Below are positions 13,611 to 26,429 of a DNA stretch of 64,000 nt, piece after piece. The first letter of the stretch is position 1. Every line of letters begins with the position of its first letter. The notes beneath the pieces were generated by a model that saw only the letters and a list, made by a program, of their open reading frames with translations, was not told the origin of the DNA and did not search any database. The DNA comes from Curvularia clavata (lineage: Eukaryota). The stretch is taken from positions 744,001 through 808,000 of the forward strand of contig CP089277.1 of assembly GCA_023920165.1 (NCBI GenBank), read 5' to 3'. The position numbers and the translations under genes were made by a program.

Positions 13611-15141
13611 ATGTCTTCTTCTTTTCCAAGCCCAGAGGAAGTCGAGAAAAAAGCCCGAACACGTGCAGCGAAACTTTTCAAGAGCCATGGGGTGCTCAAA
13701 AGAATTATTGAGCGACACGAGATTACAATACGAACACGCTAGGTGAAGGAGTCGAGTGCACAGAAAAGGAATATTCTTTTGGAGGAATGGCCTGGCACGT
13801 CGTCACAGCATTGACCGGATGTTGCGACATGGCGAAAGAACTTGAGGGCAAACTCTAAGGGGTATACATGTGGCCATAGATCAACTTTGAGGATCTTATC
13901 AGGACGAAGGCCTTGCTGTGATGCAGCAAATACTGGTCTTTTTGACTGCCTTAAGTTGGACTTGTTTGCTTGCCCTCCACTTCGTCAGTCCTGTAAGCGT
14001 GACCCCAGGCCCCTAAATCGACTATGATCCAGTCTGCGTTTCGTGCACCACAGCAAGACCATCCGGCCCAACGGCTCTTCAATATCATCTTCAATGAGCA
14101 ACAACTGAGATTATTTAGCATACATACATGGACAAACGAGGTGGAACATTTGATCAGGACCGATACTGCAGTTGTTGCTTAGGTCTCACCGCGGATTGCA
14201 AGCCGTCTATTGTCACTTTCAGTTGTTTCAGAATGCCTCCATCAACTTCACCTTCTCCGCCCTGAGCGCGTAAGATCGAGAATGGTATAGATGTTAATAG
14301 AGATGAGCTCAAAGCCCACTACAGTAGAACTTTCCAAGGACGGGGTCAAACCCTGGACATCAAATTAGGAGGGTCGCAGCTCTACAAGTACGTGGATCCG
14401 ACTGATGGCAGATTCGACTGTCCTACGAACCACCGTCGGAACAAGCAGAACATTGAGATGTTGCGCAGAGCCGAAGTGAATCTGGGCGCTTTGGGGGAAG
14501 CTGTAGACCAATCCTGCAGGTCCAAGACGGCCAAATCGCAATATGACGTTGTTGCATATTTGCTCCGCAGCGATCGCACCGTTAAGCGAACACCTCTTTG
14601 GGAAAAGTCTGACAAGAAGAAGAAGGCAGCAGTCAGCGAGACATCCACGGAGTAACTCTACAAGCTGTTTCCAAGTGTCTATCACGTCGCCTCGAAATTA
14701 CCGGCAACGTTGATCGTACCGTCCTCAGCGAGCCCACCACCAAGTTGAAGATTCGTGGACACACAACTCGATGTCTGAAGCTGAAACATCGGCGCCGATC
14801 CCTACGAAGCTACACAGCACCCTGAGTCGTTTGCAGCGGATAAGCGGGCTTACAAAGTCTTCAAAGCGCTGTTCCACTCACCATCCTATCCCAAGCAACC
14901 TGTAGAGGTCCCGTGGGTTGACTTCTCGCATGCAATGGTCACCATGGTGTTCTCAGCTGAGAAGCTTCATGGGTCAGCGTGGAATTTGACACCACGAGGT
15001 ATCGATCTAGGCGTTGAAAGGAGCATGTTATTTCACGAACCTTACCCTAGCAGTAAGCTTCCCTTCGGATGGGCAAGGCGATATGGACGGCGGCTGGGGA
15101 GAGCGTATGGGTGGGCTGGTGAGATATTTAGGCTGGTTTGA
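13611..15141 (+). pseudogene. Decayed copy of a fungal hypothetical-protein family ending in an FHEPHP-type motif
   Basis: MSSSFPSPEEVEKKARTRAAKLF...IIERHEITIRTR*...EEWPGTSSQH*PD.../YMWP*INFEDL with stops and frameshifts; recognisable C-terminus FSAEKLHGSAWNLTP...FHEPYPSSKLPF..ARRYGRRLGRAYGW. Confidence 0.75.
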
Positions 15142-15729
15142 GGTAATCAGGTCGTGCGGGTGTCTCGGATGAGTGCTCAGTGATTGATGGGCTGACAAAA
15201 GCCATGTTTTCTCCAACATACCGCGAGTGGATATCGACGTCGAGAAGATGGAATTGTCGAGACCCCCGGTCTCTGCCGAGAAACTACTGTAGTGTCGCGA
15301 TTCTAGGCATGGCGGAACGAGTAATACGTAACGGCGCATTGTTAGCGCAAGGACAGTCTGGCAGGGCATGTGCAGGCAGTAAGGTGGCGATCGGCTGCGC
15401 GATGGCCGACTGCATTTCCGTGATGGGCCGGGTTCTGTATGGGGCATTGCGTAAGGTCTGACACGGCAGCAAAGGGCCGAATGCGAAGGATAAATTGCAG
15501 CAGCTGTGCTGCCATTACCAATAGTGCAGCTATGGCCAAGAGAAAAGAGACAGAGAGCAACAAAGCAGGCAAAGCTGAGCACGGTTGCACGTGATAGCGC
15601 GCTTGGCATCGAGGCGGAGGCGCTCGGCCGGCGGAATGGGCGAAACGCGGACCCGATCTCTCTTTCTTCACGTCGTGGTCTCTTGTCATCCATCAACCAT
15701 CCGTCGTCAACCCCAATGTCTCGCAATCC

Positions 15730-16805
15730 ATGGCTGCCTCAAGTAATGATGCGGGGCTCATCACCTACCCGGCCATTGTCAACATCGCCACCCTCGTCGT
15801 CTTCTTCGTCTACCTAATCATCTCCATCTGGCTCATCTTCCGACAAGGTCTTGGTCGCAGCTCACCATGGATTTGGCTCACCCTCCTCTCCATCTGTCGT
15901 CTCACCCAGGTCGCACTCGATTTGGCTGCCACCACAATGTATCCGATAGGAGACATCTCAAACACTAGCCTGGAAAGCGGTGTCGCAATCCTCACCACCA
16001 TGGGTCTGACGCCCCTGTTCATGTCTACCAGCAGTCTGCTCAATACCACCACCAGGCCCAAAGGACGTCGCATGCAATGGATCCTGCTTGTTTTGCACAT
16101 TCCTCTCGTCATTTCCTTCATTCTCATCGTCGCTGGCGGCATCGATCCGGATTCTCGAGACGGCCCCACTTTTGCAGCCACGGAAAGTACCAAGGCAGGC
16201 GTCACGCTTTACTTGGCCTGTTTTATTGTCCTCGTCTGGGCAACCATCGTCATCTCAGCACGCCTCTATCTAGCTGACAGGGATGAAGTCCGCATCCTTA
16301 CCACTGTTGTGCTAAGTTTGCCTTTTTTCGTCGTCGATATTGTTTACATGATGTGTTTCGCCTTCGAACGCTGGGAAGTTGACGACTTTGATGGCTGGCA
16401 ACACATGCGTTTCAACGTCATCAGCGGTAGCGTCACGCTTCAATTGTGCATGTACGTATACTGCCTGCAGCGCATCCTGCTCATCTCTGTTCCTCCGATG
16501 TTCGGCACGTGATACTGAGCGTTTACTAATATACGTCCAGGCAAGTAATCATGGAGTGGATTATTGTCGCTTTGTATTTGGCTTTGGGCTTGGAGCTGCC
16601 AAGCAAAGCTGCCAGGTTGCGACGTCAGATCGAAGATCAAATGGACCAAGCTAGGAACATGGACGTCGACACGCTCCAGGAGACCGTCTTGTGGAAGTTG
16701 CACGACGCCGTGTCCCGCATAGTCGCTGCAATGATTATGCCAGCCCTCCAATTTGCGCACTGGATACTTGGAAAGATACTGAAATCGGGACAGAATAACA
16801 CCTGA
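15730..16805 (+). CDS. Multi-pass integral membrane protein (about 7 TM; DUF7702-like by recall)
   Basis: Series of hydrophobic helices; intron ~16452-16540 (gtacgt...ctaat...cag) joins ORF 15730 to ORF 16551..16805. Confidence 0.75.
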
Positions 16806-18233
16806 AATCCACAATCGGGAACACCAGGTGATCTACAAACTCTGGGGCCTCTCGGAATTCAGTGCGTTTTTGTGCGTGTCCAATCAAATAGCCAGCATGC
16901 AAGTGCTGCACGGCTTCTCCGGCAATAACGCGACGGCATCGCTGAGCCCCAAACCTTGAGCGGCATTTTCCAATTTGGGGTAATTCGCGTGGCCAATAAT
17001 TAAACAACGCAGAAGCGCCCGGCATACCTGCCCCTTGACAGTCATGCTGGAATCTGCGCTCCAGTGCCAGCCGAATTACGGGCTGATTAGCGCATTTAAC
17101 CAGCACCATGTTCAGCAACTCAGCTTCTCAGTCTGCCAGTACGAAGGAAGTAGGATGTGACACCAAGACATCTTGCATATTCATCATTGCAAAGTTTGCA
17201 CTCTCATGCTGCATCTTTTGCAGCCGAAATCGCATGGTGCCGCCATGAGCGATAACAGCCAAGAAATGAAGGAAAGCAGAGAAAATAAGAGTTTCCAGGA
17301 AAAGGTTTACAGATGACGAAACACAGTGTGGAAGAATGACGGAGCAGACATTCGAAGCGATGAGGGTTCTTATATCTCATTAGCAACAACCTACCTAACC
17401 ATTCAATCGATGACTCTCCTCTGGTTGGCATTTTCGTGAGATAAAAAACAAATAAAACAAATAAATAAGCCTAAAATGCAGATATATTTTACGGCATATA
17501 TTGTGAAACACGAAAACAAAGAATAGAGATTCGGCGTTTGCTGTTTCCTCTAGTTCTTGAGTAAATTCAGAGAAGAGGAAGAAGCTCGATAAACATACAC
17601 ATTACAGCCACGTAAAATAAAATACCACCATTATGATCAGACAAACTCTCACGGCACGCGATGATCACAAAGAGCGCTAACTTCAAAGTAAGATATACGA
17701 CCTAGCTTTTATTCAATTTTCCACCACCTTGGTAAGCAACAAAAAAGATGCGGAAAACGTGAATATCGAACATAATCGAGACTGAACAGAGACTAGTCCA
17801 TGAGGCTTTATACCGCGATTACGTTTCATTAGCGGTCTTGCGTGAAAAGAAAAAAAAATTGACATATAGTTCTGTCTGCCGTCTGGTAAATGGAAAACTA
17901 TATTGAAGGCACAGCAACTCGCCAGGAAATGAAGATTATATATGCTTCTGTCCACTACTCATATAACTCTTCCAATGTAAAAATATAGATCTGTTCCAAA
18001 CCGAAACAGGCAAGTGGAGGTATATATCAGACACATCTCCAATCCGTTTCCATCAGCATTCCAAATATCTAATTTGGGATTCATGCCAGCACCACCAACA
18101 CCAATCCCCCTGAACATTTGTCAAAAATGTCACATAACGAAATGTTTCCATCAAGATCTCAAATTTTTATATTTAGATGGCTCCATGACTAAGGCTACCT
18201 CGTCCCCCCACATTCAGCCAGCATGTTACATGT

Positions 18234-19898
18234 TTACCCCAAGGTGCCCAGCGGGTATACATCGGGTATGTTATCCCGATTTGGTTTGATTACCGGTACA
18301 CTCTCATACTTGCGCACCTCAACAGCATCCTTCGCCCACACAGGGCTCCTCCGCGCCTTGAGCAATTGCTCTACTGCGTACCCAATTCCTAGCAATTTCT
18401 GCTCTTCCCATGGCTTGCCCATAATCTCCATTCCAATTGGAACGCCAATTGGTGCCTCGTCGCTAGGCTCTGAGAACCCGACTGGTACGGTGACGACGGG
18501 TGTGCCGGTGAGTGCGGCCAAGATGCCATTGCGACCAGATTGCGAGGGCGAACCGATTTTGACAACGAGGTTCTTCTGCTGGGGGTAAACGATCGCGTCG
18601 AGATTGTTCGATGCAAATGTGTCCAGAAGAGTGAGGGTGAGATTTTGAATGCCGGCCTGTCGGTCATTATATGTTTTGTTGGATATCGATGAGACGAGGG
18701 CAGTATTGACGTATTCGTACTCGGCCGGAATGACGAGGAACTCCCCTCCAGAGCCGTTGACGGATTTACGGGAGTATAGCTCGTTTAGTGTGCTGGGATG
18801 CTGGCCTTGAAGTGATGGTCGCTGGAGATATTGGTTCATGAGCTCTCGGAACTCGAAGCGCTGGACGTCCCAAGAGCCTTGAATATCGGTCGCGTTATAG
18901 ATAGTGTCGTTGATTGATATAATTTCCACGCCTTCAGTTCTTAGCCGCGATATAGCGGAGTCCATGACATTGTTGACTGGTGTGACTTCGGGTGAGTCGG
19001 TGAGGTTGAATAAACCGTACACCACACCAATACGTAGGCCCTTGAGGGATATGCTTGTGAGAGAAGAAGCGTAATCAATTCCGCGAATTGAATTGGGAGC
19101 AAGTGCAGTCGCCTTGTCGGCTGCATCGTAGCTGGTCGATGCCATGACCGTGAGTGCAATCGCCAAATCCTTGACGGTTCGTGCGATCGGCCCAATGACA
19201 TCATGGGTAGTAGAGATGGGAATAACGCCCGTTCGAGTAAGTAGTCCACGTGTGGGACGAATGCTGCACAGAGAATTCGCAGACGCGGGACTACGAAGCG
19301 AATTAACTGTATCTGTACCAGTGCCTAGAACTCCAAAGGAAGCGGCAACCGCTGCTCCAGTACCCCCGGAACTGCCTCCTGGAGTCCGAGTAGAGTCATA
19401 GGGATTGATAGTCTGGCCTCCGAGCGAGGAGACACTGAGGCCCTCGAGTGCAAGTTCGTGCAGATTTACCTTGCCCAGAATAATAGCCCCAGCATTTTTC
19501 AATGCCGCCACACTGGGTGCATCTTCTGTAGGTTGTGAATTTGCCAATGCCAAACTAGCCCCTGTAGTGGGCATGTCGGCTGTATCAAAATTATCCTTCA
19601 GCAGTATTGGAACTCCGAATAGAGGTCCAGTAGCGTTTCCAGCTGATAGCTTTTTGTCCATTTCATCGGCAATTGCCAAGGCATTGGGATTCAAAGCGAT
19701 AATAGCGTTAACTCGGTGGTTGTGAGCTTCTATATTTGCAAGAAACGAAGCCACTACGTCCCGGCATGTTGATAGTCCAGAATAAAGTGCGTGATGAACT
19801 GAGTCAATTGTTGCTTCTCGTGCGTCGAAAGGCATGTTGAGCCCCGAAGCGACCTGGCCGCAAATCGCTGCGATTGTTAGACTTCTTAAAATGAACAT
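18234..19898 (-). CDS. Secreted amidase-signature family enzyme
   Basis: Signal peptide; LKDN (catalytic Lys), GGSSGG, GTDTVNSLRSPAS (Ser-cisSer-Lys triad); intronless 554 aa. Confidence 0.93.
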   Translation of the reverse strand: MFILRSLTIAAICGQVASGLNMPFDAREATIDSVHHALYSGLSTCRDVVASFLANIEAHNHRVNAIIALNPNALAIADEMDKKLSAGNATGPLFGVPILLKDNFDTADMPTTGASLALANSQPTEDAPSVAALKNAGAIILGKVNLHELALEGLSVSSLGGQTINPYDSTRTPGGSSGGTGAAVAASFGVLGTGTDTVNSLRSPASANSLCSIRPTRGLLTRTGVIPISTTHDVIGPIARTVKDLAIALTVMASTSYDAADKATALAPNSIRGIDYASSLTSISLKGLRIGVVYGLFNLTDSPEVTPVNNVMDSAISRLRTEGVEIISINDTIYNATDIQGSWDVQRFEFRELMNQYLQRPSLQGQHPSTLNELYSRKSVNGSGGEFLVIPAEYEYVNTALVSSISNKTYNDRQAGIQNLTLTLLDTFASNNLDAIVYPQQKNLVVKIGSPSQSGRNGILAALTGTPVVTVPVGFSEPSDEAPIGVPIGMEIMGKPWEEQKLLGIGYAVEQLLKARRSPVWAKDAVEVRKYESVPVIKPNRDNIPDVYPLGTLG

Positions 19899-22108
19899 TC
19901 TTGAAGCTCAAGGTTCTGTAGATAGTGGACGACAATATCAGCGCACCTTTACCAAACTACGAATTATTGTTATATCTACGAGACTTGCATCGATGTAATC
20001 TTGTCATACGTCACGAGGCGGGTCCTTATCGTGACAGCACTTGGTTTAAGATGACGATGTAGGCAGATGTAATTGCGGTTCCTAATGATGTGTGGCTCGA
20101 CCTTATCGCGGACGGCTCTGTGCAAATACCGAAAACTAAAGTGACGTTGCTCGCCAAGATCGCCTCCCACCTGCCGCATTGGTTCAAGTATAGCTGAGGC
20201 TTGAAGCTGGTGGTACTTTTTTTTGAACACCAATACCTTGAACAGCGTGAATACTCGCTGCAACTACGTCTAGAACTAGAAAGGTGACGAAAATCGCCAA
20301 GATAGTCTACGAGAGTAAAGCAATGTCGCGACTAGGCGGGCAGTCTTTATTTACTTCCCCTATATATCGTCGAACACGGTGGATCAATTGCCATTGCTTC
20401 TACTGGACTCAAGTTGAGTGAATGAAGCACCCATACCATTTATAAGGATATCTTTTCGCATGTCCTCGTCAAAATATCATAGAGACAGCTCAGAGAGAGC
20501 GTGGAGTTCTGACTTAGTTGTATTCATTTAGACCACACTGCCGCAAACTCCCATGCATTCCAACGATTGAGAGGTCGAATGCAGCGTAACACAACCTTTG
20601 CCACTCTCACCTGCTCGTTGTAGCTTTTCGCTCACAGAAAGTGCACCGAGACTGCATAACCCTTCTAACCACATCTTCGAACAAAGTTCATGCGTGCCCT
20701 GGCCAGGAGGATCGGTGGAAAGATCGTGCATGGTGTCTGGACCGGACGGAGAGTCCCTCGTGACAAAGCCTGCATCGTGCCTCGGAGTTGGTGTTGAGGC
20801 GCAGTAGATGCCTTACTCGTCGAGGCTGAGGGGTGCCAAGACCATGAGTAAGTGTGGCGTCTCAGCCTCCCCGAATCGGCTAGACTTTCCCCAAACTGCT
20901 TCCTTCACCACCCCGTTCTGTGCGTCGTTCGCGCTCCTACCACCGCAAACGGTCAAGCCAGGCCGGATCGTGTGCGTGCCGGTGGTAGAGACTTCTCCAC
21001 TTCTCGTTCAGTCAGCTATGAAACTCACGATGCGACACTAAACAGAGCCCTACGGCCGAAACGGCTATAATGAAACTTCAGACCGCACAATGTCGTGCAT
21101 CACCATTTGTAAACACAGCCAAGCCTTTTCCCCCAAATTATGATCACCACATATAGACGCCCCGGATGATCGGCATCCAGATTCAATGTGGCTGATAACG
21201 CCCGCCGTGGTCTTGCTGCGCAGCCCCGAGCCAGCTTCGTAGCACGATGGCAGCTACAAGGGATTATGCCTCGATGCTTTTAGAATACGTATGAATCAAG
21301 AACTCAACAGCTGATTCCATGGTGCTTAGAGAAGTAATCATGTCTGGTTCGCTGCAGTTTCCCCATTGCGGTTAGCATGGATCTCCCGGCTTCACCAACT
21401 TCCCGTTTCACAACACTGTAAAAGAGTCATTTGAGTTACTCGCCAAGCCTCATTATCACCCGCTAGTAGATGCTTAACGATCTTAAGATCTGAATAGAAT
21501 CAAGGCCAGACCAATAACAACCTGCCCCTACGCTGCTTATCGGCTCCGCTTAGCCGCATCCAAGCACGGGACATACCGCCAGCTCTTCTTACATGTCAGC
21601 GTCTCATGAGGCATCACCAATACTACGCATAGCACAGCTGCGGCGGAATGGCCTGAGCTTTCCGCTGTTCAGGCGCCGCTGTCCCCAGGCCAAGAGTTTT
21701 CAACACATGTTTCTCGAGGCTGCCCTTGCCTCAATCGCGTTTCGTGATGCTGTCCTTAGCAACTCTGTTAGCTTTTTTTAGTGTTTCTAGGTGGGCGTAC
21801 ACGGTTTTGAAACCCACAACAAGAATTTTATCACGGCTTGGCCAAACTGAAGTGCCTCATGAGGGTGGCACTAGGCAAGATGATGGTAGATCTCAGTGCC
21901 GAAGATCCATCTCAAAATAGACTCTATGCAGTCGAAAGTTGTATAAGTACTGGAGGCCTCGCTGTCGAGAAAGAGCATCAAGCATCAAAAGTTCCCAACC
22001 AAGCAACTACAGTAATCACTACTTCTCTTCCATTCTACTTAATACCCTTTTCTCTACTTTCTAATCTTTCTCTGACCGGTTCAGACATCCCTTAACACAA
22101 ACTTCAAA

Positions 22109-23341
22109 ATGTACTTCTCCAAGGCCACCATTGTTTCCTTCAGCCTTTTGGCTTCTTCCTCGCTCGTGGCTGGCCACGGTGCTATCATTGGCGCTACTGG
22201 TGACCAAGGTGGTCAGGGCTCCGCCATTGGTGTTGACCCCAACACTCCTCGTGACGGTACCGGCCGCAACCCCTTCCAGCAAGACTCCACCCGCTTCCGT
22301 GGTCAGAGCAAGGCTACTTGCGGCGAGACACTTGGTGGAGGTGATAATGACATCGAGGCTGGTACTGCGAAGGTCATGCAACTCAACGGCCCTACTCTTC
22401 CTCAGGTCTCGTAAGTCACATCCTTTCTCATCCATCGCATTTACAAGCTAACATGAAACTTCAGCGCTGGCGGTATGGTCATGATGACTGTTCACCAAGT
22501 CAACTCTGACGGTGCTGGTCCTTACAAGTGCATGGTCGACGCCACTGGCACTGGTACCAACTGGCAGCCTATGACCGTTACCCAGAACCTTGAGGGCAAC
22601 GACCGTGGCCGTAACCGGGCCACTCAGATGCAGGATCTTCCCCTTACTGCTCAGATGCCTGCTGGCATGCAGTGCACTGGTACCGTCGCTGGCCAGAGCA
22701 ACGTCTGCATGGTCCGCTGTGAGAACCCTGCTCGTGCTGGACCTTTCGGTGGCTGTGTGCCTGTTCAGATGGGTGGTGCCGCCGCCGCCGCCGCTCCTGC
22801 AGCTGGTGCTGCAGCTGGTACCGCTGGTACTGCCGCTGGCGCCGCTGGCGCTGCTGCTCCTGCTGCTGGCACTGCCGGTGCTGCCGCTGGAACTGCTGGC
22901 ACTGCTGCTCCTGCTGCTGGTACCGCTGGAACCGCCACTGGCACTGCTGGCACTGCCGGTGCTGCCGGTGCTGCTGCTCCCGCCGCTGCTGGAACTGCTG
23001 GAACTGCTGGAACTGCTGGAACTGCTGCTGGTGTCGCTGGTACTGCTGGCACCGCTGGCACAGCCGGTACTGTTGCAACTGGCAACACTGCTGCAACCGG
23101 TAACACTGCTGCCACAGGTAACACTGTTGCTGCTGGCACTGGTGCCAACACTGGTGCTCTTGCTGCCAACGGAGCTGCTGCCGGTACTGGCGCTGCCACT
23201 GGAGCCACTGGCGCCACTGGTGCCACTACCCCAATCGCCGGTGCTGCTGCTCGCAAGCGCGCAGCCCGCAAGCAGCAGCCTGCTCTTACCAACGACGACC
23301 AGGAGGAGGAGCTCGACCTCATTGGCGACGAGTCTGACTAA
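22109..23341 (+). CDS. Egh16/GAS1-like (DUF3129) secreted cell-surface protein with Ala/Gly/Thr-rich tail
   Basis: Signal peptide then [35 protein letters not shown]...[17 protein letters not shown]; intron ~22411-22464. Confidence 0.88.
22775..23250 (+). repeat. Low-complexity coding repeat (GCT/GGT/ACT; AGT/TAG units) in the Egh16-like tail
   Basis: Repeated gctggaact, gctggcact, ggcaacactgctgc units. Confidence 0.85.
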
Positions 23342-24384
23342 ATGCCATCTTTACCTCACGATAACGGCCATATGACGAACACATCAGCCTCATACACTGG
23401 GTGCTATGCGGTGGATACAGGCATGACGCGATTGAAGGAAGGTGTATAGTAAAATAATAAGGATATTGGTGTAAATATATCAATCTGGGGGCTAGGAGAA
23501 GGATATTGGTATAGGGTTTTAGTGGAGCTGCGCTCCTGCTGGTCTGCGACCAGAAAGCGGAGGGGAAGTGGTTAGGTAGCTGTTGAGAGTGGTATGTGGA
23601 TGACTGTAGTTGTTCTTGGGCTTGGGAACCCGAGTCTGATTACGCTCCTTAATGAATAGTTTTTCCTTTTAAGCAATGCATCTTCTTCATTCTATATTCG
23701 CTTTCTCTATCCCGTGCCTTTGCTTTGCTTCAATGTGCTCCATCTGCTATGGTGGTTCTGGTTTACAAGACCGTTCAGCCTTAGAACTCAGGCATGTAGT
23801 CTAGCTAAGCTTTCGGCTCCTGGTTTGTTTTACTTGTGCTCCTTGGTGGACGGAGTGTAGTACCCCGCTAGGTTAAGCGTTCCCCGTCGCATAACCGTGC
23901 GTATCGGCTGACACCCTGTTTTCAGGGGGATCAGGCAGGGATCGCACGTAGCGATAAAGCGTTGCAGCTTTGTTTCGCAAATAACTTTTGCAACCAGTTG
24001 AATTTTTACACGTCGTTACTGAAAGTCAAATACTTCATGTTAAGATCAGGGGTTTATGCGCTGTATCCATTGTGGCGCATTTGTAAAGAGACCGCCGTTA
24101 CGGGCCTATCTTTAGTCCTTCCCTGAATAGCCACTTGTGTTGCATACTAGTATGTAATTCCTAACGTCCAAATTCTTATCGCGCCCGCATCGCAGCTGAC
24201 TTTGATGATTCACACGGTGATGCGCCCCACTGCGCTGTCTCTAAAAAGTTGGACGAATCATAACCACTCAACCAAATTCATGGTCTTCTATGATGTGTTG
24301 ATTAACTCTGGATCCCTTTGATTACTCTCTCGACATCCCAGCCTCTAGTCTCCCTACCACACTAGTCCGAGATGAAAATTCCGA

Positions 24385-25203
24385 CTAATCCATAGATTCA
24401 TTTTCGTGGCAAATCGGGCTTGTCGAAGGCACTGTATATCCACTGGAATACACATTTGCCTTCAGGAGTCGATAGATCCTCATTAGTCTCCCACGCACTC
24501 TTTCCAAATCTTCGGAAATAGCTATTCCAGTGTCAGCAGGTCTTTTCATCTTGACGCCCATTCCGCAAACGTACACATGGTTCAGAAAGGCTAGGCACGC
24601 GTGTTGCAAGAAGCTGATGATGACAAGAAGCATACGGGCCGCGCCATGCCAAGGGCACCCCTCTGGCCATAATACGAATAACACGATAGCCCCGGATAGC
24701 ACCGTGATCAAGAATCGAGAACAACCACACGCGCCTCGAGGTTCTTTACGGAGTGCCTGCTCAGTCCAGAGAGTCAGCAGGCGATCAAGAAACACAACGC
24801 GTGCCCAATCATATTTTACCTTGACGTCGTTGCCATACTTGTCTGGCAAGAAGTACGCCAACTTCGTCGCAGCAAATGTCCAATATACCACCTCTCACCG
24901 CCAGCCCTCAACATTTTCTCCAAGCCACGTTATCCCTAGAATTCGTGGTGTCCAGTCGTGAAAGCTGCATATAAGCAGTCCGTACAAGACTTCCGAGTTT
25001 GGACCAAGACTGATCCTTCCGATGCTCAAGCAAGCGATGCTAACGCCAGTGGTGCCGAGAATGAAAGTGTGTCCTAATGTCGCTAGTATCGAAGAGAAGA
25101 GGTACTTCCGCGTGTAAACAGGGATAGCGATGTATAATGCCAGGCGCACTATGTCGCGGAAACCGAGGCCGGCCATGCTGCGTTCGAGGCAAAGTTGGGA
25201 CAT
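24385..25203 (-). pseudogene. Membrane-protein-like reading frame interrupted by one in-frame TGA
   Basis: ORFs 24895..25224 and 24385..24891 are in the same frame: ...ENVEGWR*EVVYWTF...; hydrophobic segments on both sides. Confidence 0.5.
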
Positions 25204-26429
25204 TATGGCAAAGGTGCAAACCACTGGACTTTGCGAAATAGAAACAAAGAAACATGGAGCAAGTTTACTCTCACTACTTTAGTTGCCGTTTGTAGCACAC
25301 GTGCTTTCGTGGGTCTCCAGGACTGGCTGCCTAGAGCAAACATTCACCTTCCCTTCACGTGACAAAATAAAAGGTATCAAAAAGAGCAAAAAAAACAAGC
25401 CCGCCCGTTCGTGCTGCCCTACGCCATGCCCCTGGATCGAACCTAGGTTCGTCGTCGTCAGTTAGGCAAGCGCACCCCTGGCTCGCAGCCCATGTTCCTG
25501 ACTGATTTCTCAGTGAGTCGATTGCTCGACGTGAACCTATACCAGCTACTGGTATTTTTGCCAAGAGGCCCGCCCAATGAACTAAGACGCATTGCTTGAT
25601 GGTATAATGAAGAATATTGCAGTATATATAGGTGGTGGACATAACGAAGACAGTAGAGGGAGCTTGGTGTATGGCGCTTCGCCAACGCAGCAAACACTCC
25701 CGTAGCCGCAACAAACGCAAGCTCACGTGCCAACGAAGGTTTCCAGACCCTTCCAGACATGTCGGAGATCCCACATGACATGGTAACGTAACCATGGTAG
25801 TCGCATTTTGGCGAGGCATCTTGGTGAATTGCTAAGTAGCATCCCGCTGTCTTTACACGTTGACATTTGAACAGTGAATGATATCATGGCTGCATGGGCC
25901 GCATATCATTTCTTTGTACGCGATAAGAAACCATTCACAGCTGCCATATGATAAGACAACAACTAAACAAGCCAACTCATCGTCGTGCGTTTCCCTCCGG
26001 CCTCACCCACGATACACAAAGTCGAGAAATAGACTTTCGAAGCCCATCCCACATACCCAGGCCTGCACCTACAACCATAGTCACTGAGCATATTATATCT
26101 ATTACTTAACAGCAATCCAGCTTCACGCGATACATGTCATATATCTCACTTCCATCGATGCCGTCTGCCCCAACACATTCTCTCTACCTGCTGTACTCAT
26201 GCACTCATGTATTCTTTCGCACTTTCGAAGTTTCACAATAAGCATATCCGGTATCTATGTGCTGATTTTCATTGATGAAATCTAGTATACAGGCACTCTT
26301 TCACACTAAAAACACCCCAGATCCATACATTCTTTCCGTAAGTAACTCAACATCCAACCTTTGCGCCTGATAATTTGCCATCAAAGAAAACAACCACACT
26401 CCTGAATTAATACATTAGCCTGTTTAGGC

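Noticed and set aside
15028..15726. 232-aa minus-strand ORF
   Set aside because: Non-protein-like composition; spans a pseudogene end and the next gene's promoter
22644..23322. Poly-Gln, Val/Pro-rich and Leu-rich ORFs overlapping the Egh16 tail
   Set aside because: Alternative-frame and antisense shadows of the GCT/GGT/ACT coding repeat
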